Source: an uncultured Gemmatimonadales bacterium
GTDB taxonomy: Bacteria; Gemmatimonadota; Gemmatimonadetes; Longimicrobiales; Longimicrobiaceae
Reading direction: 5' to 3'
Assembly (NCBI GenBank): GCA_963716255.1
Contig: OY970303.1
Location: 7,296,001-7,360,000 of the forward strand
DNA length: 64,000 nt
Positions 46,240-54,800 of the stretch are shown here, piece after piece. Position numbers and translations under genes: made by a program. The stretch's first letter is position 1; each line of letters opens with the position of its first letter. Under the pieces are notes generated by a model, which saw nothing but the letters and a program-made list of their open reading frames with translations, did not search any database and was not told the origin of the DNA.

Positions 46240-47372
46240 TGCGACTCCCGGACTTCATCGTGGCGAACCGCGAGCCCATCCTCGTCGAGTGGGAGGCCTT
46301 CGCGCGGACGTGCACCCCGGCCAGCGCGCCCATGGACATCCCGGCGCTGCGCGACCACGCCGACGCGATGCTGACGGCGATCGCCGCGGACCTGCGGACG
46401 CCGCAGGGAGGGCACGCGCAGTCGGAGAAGTCCAAGGGCATGGCGCCGGACGCCGGCGGGGAGGACACGGCGGCCGAGGAGCACGGGGCGGGGCGGGCCG
46501 CGAGCGGTTTCACCGTGGAGCAGATGGTGGCCGAGTACCGGGCCCTGCGCGCCAGCGTGCTCCGCCTCTGGGCGAAGTCGGAGGGAGGGCTCACGTCCGA
46601 GGACCTGGACGACCTGACGCGATTCAACGAGGCGATCGACCAGTCGCTCGCGGAGTCGGTGTCGCGCTACGGCCAGAACCTGGACCAGTCCAAGGACATG
46701 TTCCTGGCGATCCTGGGCCACGACCTGCGGACGCCGCTCGCCGCCATCTACACCTCGGCGAGGTTCATGCTCGACACGGGGGAGCTGCGCGAGCCGCACC
46801 TGACGCTCACCTCCCGCATCGCCGGAAGCTCCACCCGCATGGTGCAGATGGTGGGCGACCTGCTGGACTTCACGCGCGGCCGCCTGGGCGGAGGCATCCC
46901 GATCGTGCGCACCGGGCTGAACATGCGCAAAGTGGTGCACGACGTGGTGGACGAGATCGCGGCGGCGCACCCGGACCGCGCGATCCAGGTGGAAGCGCGC
47001 GGCAAGCACCGGGGCGAGTGGGACTGCGCGCGGATCAGCCAGGCGCTCACCAACCTGATCGGCAACGCGCTGGAGCACGGCTCGGAGGGAACGACGGTCA
47101 CGGTTGAGCTGCGCGGCGACGACGAGGGAGTGGCCGTCGCGGTGCACAACCGCGGGCCCGCCATCCCCGCCGACCGGCTGGACGGGCTCTTCAACCCCAT
47201 GAAGGTCCGGGAAAGGTCGGACGGGGCGAGGGCCGGCGGCCCGTCCGGGAACCTGGGCCTGGGGCTCTACATCGCCGAGCTGATCGTGTCGGCGCACAAG
47301 GGGAGGATCGAGGTGGAGACATCGGAGGTGGAGGGCACCACCTTCACCCTCCACCTGCCGAGCCGCGGCTGA
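46239..47372 (+). CDS. Histidine kinase with RsbRD_N-like N-terminal domain
   Basis: FIVANREPILVEWEAFA...HGAGR...GF...EYRALR, GHDLRTPL, NALEH, LGLGL. Confidence 0.9.
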   Translation: MRLPDFIVANREPILVEWEAFARTCTPASAPMDIPALRDHADAMLTAIAADLRTPQGGHAQSEKSKGMAPDAGGEDTAAEEHGAGRAASGFTVEQMVAEYRALRASVLRLWAKSEGGLTSEDLDDLTRFNEAIDQSLAESVSRYGQNLDQSKDMFLAILGHDLRTPLAAIYTSARFMLDTGELREPHLTLTSRIAGSSTRMVQMVGDLLDFTRGRLGGGIPIVRTGLNMRKVVHDVVDEIAAAHPDRAIQVEARGKHRGEWDCARISQALTNLIGNALEHGSEGTTVTVELRGDDEGVAVAVHNRGPAIPADRLDGLFNPMKVRERSDGARAGGPSGNLGLGLYIAELIVSAHKGRIEVETSEVEGTTFTLHLPSRG

Positions 47373-47465
47373 GCGCGCGGCTTCCCCGGCCGCCCGGGAG
47401 GCCGGCCGCCGCACCGTCTTCTCCCGACGCTCCCATCTCCATTGACTCCGTCCCCGCGAGGTCCC

Positions 47466-47765
47466 ATGGCCGTGTTCTGGACGCGTACGCGAAGGTACAT
47501 GGCCGTGCTGTGGCTGGGCACGCTCGCCGTGGAAGCGGTGGTCCTCGAGATGGCGAAGCGAACGAACAACTCGTGGGTGCTCGTGCTGGGCGCCGCGCTC
47601 CTCCTGGTGCCGCTCGCGGCGATGGAAAGGACCCGCGACTGGTTCGGCAGGGCGCCGCGCAAGCGGTGGAAGCGCCACGACGTGGAGGACGCGGCGCGCG
47701 CCGCGGCCCGGGAGGGGAGACCGCCCCCGGATCCGCCGGGGCCGCGCAGCGGGGGGTGGGCGTGA
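47466..47765 (+). CDS. Small hypothetical membrane protein
   Basis: Two hydrophobic segments. No recognisable family. Confidence 0.5.
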   Translation: MAVFWTRTRRYMAVLWLGTLAVEAVVLEMAKRTNNSWVLVLGAALLLVPLAAMERTRDWFGRAPRKRWKRHDVEDAARAAAREGRPPPDPPGPRSGGWA

Positions 47766-47844
47766 TGCGCGCCGCCGGCCGGCACGATCGAAGAATGCGC
47801 GCGGCCTGTCCGGCCGCGCTCCCCCTCACCTGCGGGGTAGTTGT

Positions 47845-48720
47845 ATGAACGAGCGCACGACCAGGCTGGTCGCGGGGGTAGGCTCCCTGGGTGAGATGGA
47901 CCCCGTGATCCCCGCGGCCGCCGCCCTCGCGGAGCGCGCGGGGCTCCCGCTGGAGCTGGTCCACGCCTTCGACCTTTCCGACCCCTTCGTGGCGAGCTAC
48001 CTCGCCACCTCCACCATTCCCGGCGACCCGCTGCTGCACTATTCCGAGGGCCTCCAGGCGCGCCTGGAGGGGCAGGTCGGCGGCCTGGCCGGGCACGGCG
48101 AGGTGCACTGCCGCGCGGTGGGGGGGGCCGCTCCGGCGGTGCTGGGCGATGCCGCCTGCGCCACCGGCTGTCTGCTGGTGGTGGGCCCCACGCGCCACGG
48201 GCGCGTGGGGGCGGCGCTCCTGGGCACCACCGCGCAGCGTGTGCTCCACGGCGCCCGCATCCCCGTCCTGGTGCTGCGGGGCGAGCTTTCGCCCTCCCCC
48301 CGCGTCCTGTTCTGCGTGGACCTGGCCTCGCCGCACGCGGCAGCGACGGTGGAGCAGGGGCTCGCGGCCGTGGAGGCCCTCTGCCCCGGGGGACCGGTGG
48401 AGGCGCGCGTCCTCCTGGTGGTGGGGCTGGAAACGGAGCTTCCCATCCCCGGCCTGCACGACCGGCTCGCCGCCGCCGCGCGCGAGCGGCTGGATGCCTT
48501 TGCCGGAGGGCTTCCGCCGGGCGCGCGGCTGGAGCCGCGGGTCCGCACCGGCGCGCCGGCCCGCGAGGCCGTCGCCGAGGCCGCGGAGTGGCCGGCGGAG
48601 CTGATCGTGGTGGGGACCCACGGGCGCGCCGGAGCGGCGCGGGCGCTCCTGGGGAGCGTGGCCGAGGCGGTGGTGCGCGACGCCTCGTGCAGCGTCCTGG
48701 TGGTGCCGTCGCCGGCCTGA
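47845..48720 (+). CDS. Universal stress protein (tandem USP domains)
   Basis: LLGTTAQRVL...PVLV and LIVVGTHGR...LLGSVAEAVVR..CSVLVV. Confidence 0.93.
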   Translation: MNERTTRLVAGVGSLGEMDPVIPAAAALAERAGLPLELVHAFDLSDPFVASYLATSTIPGDPLLHYSEGLQARLEGQVGGLAGHGEVHCRAVGGAAPAVLGDAACATGCLLVVGPTRHGRVGAALLGTTAQRVLHGARIPVLVLRGELSPSPRVLFCVDLASPHAAATVEQGLAAVEALCPGGPVEARVLLVVGLETELPIPGLHDRLAAAARERLDAFAGGLPPGARLEPRVRTGAPAREAVAEAAEWPAELIVVGTHGRAGAARALLGSVAEAVVRDASCSVLVVPSPA

Positions 48721-48897
48721 CCACGTGTTCGCGGCCACGCCGCGCCGGCCGCTCCTCGCTCCCGCCGGTACCATCCCCGGGAGTGGGGGGTACGGGTCTT
48801 CGAGGCGGACGTCTTCCGAATCCGTCGATCCCCGTCCCCGGCCTCCGGCCCGGGCGCGGGTCCACCGAGCCGATCCGGCTCCTCCGGAAGGACGCAC

Positions 48898-51800
48898 TTG
48901 CCCGATGACGGCTCCACGCTAGCCCCGCTCCGCTTCCTTTCCCGCTTGTCCGCCCGCCCCGGAACCGGGCGGGACGAGCTCCTGTCGGGCCCCATCCGGG
49001 GCGAGCTGCTGGGCGCCGACCAGCTCGCCGACCGCGCCCGCGCCGTCGCCGGCCGGCAGCGCCTCGCCACGCCCGGGACGGGGCGGGGGGAGGCCCCCCT
49101 CCTCGCCCGCCTTTCCGAGACCCGCCGCATCCTGGACGCGACCCACGACCGCCTGGCCGCGGGCGCGGACCGCGACGTGGACGTGGGCCCGGCGGGGGAG
49201 TGGCTGCTGGACAACTTCCACGTGGTGCGGGAGCACATCCGCGAGGTGCGCGAGACGCTGCCGCGCGGCTACTACCGCGAGCTCCCCGAGCTGGCCGGCG
49301 GGCACCTGGCGGGGTACCCGCGCGTCTACGAGCTGGCCATCACCCTGATCTCCCACAGCGAGGGGCGGGTCGACGCCGAGAACCTGGACCGCTTCGTGGA
49401 AGCCTTCCAGGGCGTCGCGCCGCTCGCCATCGGGGAGCTGTGGGCACTGCCGGCCATGCTCCGCCTGGCGCTGATCGAGAGCGTGCGGCGCATGGCGCTG
49501 CGCACGGTGCAGCGCATGGACGAGATCGAGCGGGCCGACGCGTGGGCGGCCCGCATCGAGGACGCCAGCGGGCGGGGGGAGCTCGCCCTGGGCGGGGCGC
49601 TGGACGCCTTCGTGGACGCTCCCCCGCCGCTCACGGCGGTGTTCGTGTCGCGCTTCCTGCACCAGCTGCGCCTGAGCCGCGGCTCGTACCCGCCGCTCGC
49701 GCAGATCGAGCAGTGGATCGGCGACCGGGCCATGGGGGCGGAGGATGCGACCGCGCGCTCCACGCAGCACCTGGCGCACACCCAGGTGATGATGGCGCAC
49801 AGCATCACCAGCCTGCGGGCCATCGCGCACCTGGACTGGCAGGCGTTCGTGGAGCGGCAGAGCGCGATGGAGGCCGTGCTGCGCGGCGACCCGGCAGGCT
49901 TCTACCCGCGGATGACCTTCGCCACGCGCGACCGGTACCGCCACGTGGTGGAGCGCATCGCCCGGCGCACGGGGCTGGCCGAGGAGGCGGTGGCCGCCGC
50001 GGCGGTGGAGCGGGCCCGGGCGGGCGGCGAGGACGGCGACGGGAGCGGGCCGCCGCTGCGCTCCCACGTGGGCTGGCACCTGGTGGACGAGGGTGTGGCC
50101 GCCCTGGAGGCCGCCACCGGCTACCGCTCCCGGCCGGGCGAGGCGCTGCACCGGCTGGTGCTGCGCCACCCCAACCTGGTCTTCGCGGGCGGGGCGGCGG
50201 CCGGCACCCTGGCGGCGCTCGCCGCGGTGCTCTGGCTGGCGGGGCCGCAGGCGCGCGCGGCCTGGCCGCTGGTGCTCCTGCTCGCGCTCGTGCCGGCGGG
50301 CGACATCGCCATCAACGTGGTCAACCAGCTCGTCACCGCGTTCCTCCCTCCGCGCACCCTCCCCAAGCTGGACCTGCGGGTGAAGGGCGGGATCCCCGCC
50401 GAGTTCCGCACGGCCGTGGTCGTCCCCACGCTCTTCGGGAGCGAGGAGGCGGTGCACGAGGCGCTGGACCACCTGGAGGTGCAGTTCCTCGCCAACCGCG
50501 AGTCGCACCTCCACTTCGCGGTGCTGAGCGACTTCACGGACGCGCCCGCGGAAGCGCTCCCCGGCGACGCGGCCATCCTGCGGGCCGCCGTGGACGGCGT
50601 GCGCGCGCTCAACGCGCGCTACGCCGAGGGCGCGGAGGACGCGTTCTACCTGTTCCACCGGGCGCGGCGCTGGAACCCGCGGCAGGGCGTCTGGATGGGG
50701 TGGGAGCGGAAGCGCGGCAAGCTGGCCGAGTTCAACCGCTTCCTGCGCGGCGGGGCGGGGGACGCCTTCGCGGCGGTGGTGGGCGACGTGGCGCCGCTGC
50801 GCGGGGTCCGCTACGTGATCACCCTGGACGCGGACACCGTGCTCCCGCCCGACGCGGCGCCGGAGCTGGTGGGCGCCCTGGCGCACCCCCTGAACCGCGC
50901 CGTGTACGACGCGGAGCGCGGGCACGTGGTGCGCGGCTACGGCATCCTCCAGCCGCGCGTGGGGGTGTCGCTCCCCAGCGCGCACGGGTCGCGCTTCGCG
51001 GCGATCCACTCCGGCCACCCGGGGGTGGACCCGTACACCACCGCCGTTTCCGACGTCTACCAGGACCTGTACGGCGAGGGGAGCTTCACCGGCAAGGGCA
51101 TCTACGACGTGGACGCCTTCGAGCGGGCGACGCACGGCCGCTTCCCGGAGAACACGCTGCTCTCGCACGACCTGATCGAGGGGAGCTACGCCCGCGCGGG
51201 GCTCGCCACCGAGATCAGCGTCTACGACGACTACCCCGCCCGCTACCTCACCCACGCGCGGCGCAAGCACCGCTGGATCCGCGGCGACTGGCAGCTCCTG
51301 CGCTGGCTCACCCCGCGCGTCCCCGGGCCGGACGGCCCGGAGCGGAACCGGCTCCCCTTCCTGGCCCGCTGGAAGATCCTGGACAACCTGCGGCGCAGCA
51401 CGGTGGAGATCGGCCAGCTGGCCTTCCTGGTGGCGGGGTGGACGGTGCTCCCCGGCTCGCCGCTGCGCTGGACGGCGCTGGGGCTCGCGGCGGTGGCCGC
51501 GCCGTGGATCGTGTCGCTCCTGCTGGCCGCGCTGCGCCCCCCGCTGGACAAGTCGTGGCGGGCCTTCTACGCCGCCGTGGGGCGGGACGCGGCCACCAGC
51601 GCGCAGCAGGTGGCGCTGGCGGTCACCTTCCTCCCGCACCAGGCCTGGGTGTCCGCGGACGCCGTCGTCCGCACGCTCTGGCGGCTGTTCGTGACCCGGC
51701 GCTCGCTGCTGGAGTGGCAGACCGCCTCCGGCGCGGAGCGCTCCGTCACGGGCTCTGCGGCCGGGGCGTGGCGGGCCATGGCGCCCGCGCTCGCGGCCGT

Positions 51801-54800
51801 AGGGGGGATCGCGCTGGGGGTGGCCGCGTACGCGGCGTGGGACGGCGCGGCCGCCCCGCCCTGGCCGCTCGCGGCGGCGGCGGGGCCGCTGCTGGTGCTC
51901 TGGCTGGCCTCGCCTGCGATCGCCCACGCCCTCAGCGCCCCCGCGGTCCCCGGGCGGCGGCGCCTCCCCGCCGCCCAGCGCGACCAGGCCATGCGCTACG
52001 CGCTGCTCCACTGGCGCTACTTCGACCGGTTCGTGGGCGAGGCCACGCACTGGCTGGTCCCGGACAACTTCCAGGAGGACCCGGCCCCGGTGGTGGCGAT
52101 GCGCACCTCGCCCACCAACGTGGGCATGCAGCTCCTGGCCATCGGGAGCGCGCACGACCTGGGGTTCGTCACCGCGGCGGACATGGCGCGGCGGCTGGAG
52201 CTCGCCTTCCGCTCGCTGGAGGGGATGCGCCGCTTCCGCGGCCACTTCTTCAACTGGTACGACCTGCACGACCTGCGGGTGCTGGAGCCGGCGTACGTGT
52301 CCACCGTGGACAGCGGCAACCTGGCCGGCCACCTCCTGGCCGTGAGGCAGGCGTGCCTTGCCGCCCGCGGGGCGCCCGCCTCCGACGCCCGCGTCCGCGC
52401 GGCGCTGCGGACCGCGCTGGGGGTGGCGGGCGAGCGGCTGCGGGGGCTCGCCGCCGCCCCCCCGGCGGAGGGGCCGGGGGCGCCCGCCGTGGAAGCGGCG
52501 GCGGAGGAGCTGCGGCTGGCGCGCGCGGCGCTGGCCGGCGCGCCGCTCGCCGCGGTCGCCGCCCGGCTGCGGGGCGCGCTCGCCGCGCTCGGGCACGCCC
52601 GGCTCGCGGCGGACGCGGCCGGGCCGGCGGAGGAGTGGATCGCCTGGGGCGCCCGCAGGATCGAGGAGCACCTGGCGGAGGCGCCCGCGGACGCGGCCGC
52701 CACGGCGGCCCGCCTGGACGCGCTCGCCGCGCGCGCCGACCGCTACGTGGCGGAGATGGACTTCGGCTTCCTCTTCGACGCGTCGCGGGAGCTGTTCTCC
52801 ATCGGCTGGCAGCACGCCGCCCAGTCGCTGGACGCGTCGTACTACGACCTGCTCGCCTCCGAGTCGCGCCTGGCGAGCTTCGTCGCCATCGCCAAGAAGG
52901 AGGTCCCGGTGGACCACTGGTTCCGCCTGGGCCGCTCGCTGACGCACGCGGCGGGGGCAACGGCGCTGGTCTCCTGGAGCGGGAGCATGTTCGAGTACCT
53001 GATGCCGGCGCTGGTGATGCGCCCGCTCCCCTTCACCGTGCTGGACCAGACGTACCGCGGCGCCGTGCGCAGGCAGGTGGCCTACGGGGCCGAGCGCGGG
53101 GTGCCCTGGGGGGTGAGCGAGAGCGCCTACAACCTCCGCGACCGCCACCTCACCTACCAGTACCGGGCCTTCGGCGTCCCCGACCTGGCGCTCAAGCGCC
53201 GGCTGGGCTCCGACCTGGTGATCGCCCCGTACGCCTCCGCGCTGGCGGTCATGGTGGACCCGCAGCGCGCCCTCGCCAACCTGGCCGCCCTGGAAAAGAA
53301 GGGCGCGCTGGGGCCGTACGGCTTCCGCGACGCCCTGGACTACACCCGCCCCGAGCCGGGCGCGCGCTACGCCGTGGTGGGCAACTACATGGCGCACCAC
53401 GTGGGGATGGGGCTGGTGGCGCTGGCCAACGCGCTCCACGAGAACGCCTGGCAGGAGCGCTTCCACGCCGACCCGCTGGTCCGCTCGGCGGAGCTGCTTC
53501 TTCACGAGCGCATCCCGCGCCGCCTGGTGCACCAGGAGGCGCAGGCAACGCGCGCCGACGAAGCGCTCCCCGACCCGGAGACCGAGAGCCCCGCGGTGCG
53601 CGAGTTCGACCGGACGGACACGCCGCGGCCGCACGTGGGGCTCCTGGGCCGCGCCCCGTACACCGTGATGGTGAGCCACTGCGGGGCCGGATACAGCCGC
53701 TACGAGGAGCTGGCGGTGACCCGCTGGAGGGCGGACGGGACGACCGACTCCACCGGGCAGTTCTGCTACGTCAAGGACGTCACGCGGGGCCGCGCCTGGT
53801 CCGCCGCGCACCAGCCGGTGTGCGCCCCCGCCGACTGGTACCGTGCGCTCCTGGCCACCGACCGGGTGACCTTCCACCGCTCCGACGGCGGCATCGAGAC
53901 GCGCACCGAGATCGCGGTGGTCCCGGAGGACGCGGCGGAGGTCCGCTGCGTGACCCTCACCAACCGCGGCGACGAGCCCCGCGAGGTCGAGCTGACGAGC
54001 TACGGGGAGATCGTGCTGGGCCCGCCGGACGCCGACCGCGCCCACCCCGCGTTCGCCAACCTGTTCGTCCAGACCGAGTGGCACGAGTGGTGTACGGCGA
54101 TCACCGCCACCCGCCGGCCGCGCTCGGCGGCGGAGCCGTCGCTCTGGTGCGTGCACGTGGTGGACGCGGGCGCGGACCGCGTGGGGACGGTGAGCTGCGA
54201 GACGGACCGCGCCCGCTTCCTGGGCCGGGGGGGGAGCACCCGTGACCCCGTCTCGCTCGCCCAGGACGGGCCGCTCTCCGGCACCACCGGCGCGGTGCTC
54301 GACCCGGTCTTCGCCCTGCGCGCGCGGGTGCGGCTTGCGCCCGGGCAATCCGCGACGGTGGCGTTCACCACGCTGGTGGCCGCCACGCGGGAGCGCGCCT
54401 TCGAGCTCGCCAGCCGCTACCACGACCCGCACGCGGCGCAGCGGGCGCTCGACCTGGCCTGGACCTCCCAGCAGGTGGAGCTGCGCGAGCTCGGCCTGAC
54501 CCCGGCCGACGCCGCCGTCTTCCAGGAGCTCGCCGCCTACCTCCTGTACCCCCACCCGGAGCTGCGCGCGCCGCAGGAGGAGCTGCGCGCCAACCGGGGC
54601 TCGCAGCCGCTGCTCTGGGCGCACGGCGTTTCCGGAGACTGGCCGATCATCGTCGCGGCCATCGACTCCGCCGAGGGGCTGCCGACGCTGCGGCAGCTCT
54701 TCGCCGCGCACCACTACTGGCGCCGCCGCGGGGTGACGGCGGACCTGGTCATCCTCAACGCCCAGCCCTCCTCGTCGTACCTCCAGGAGCTCCACGAGCG

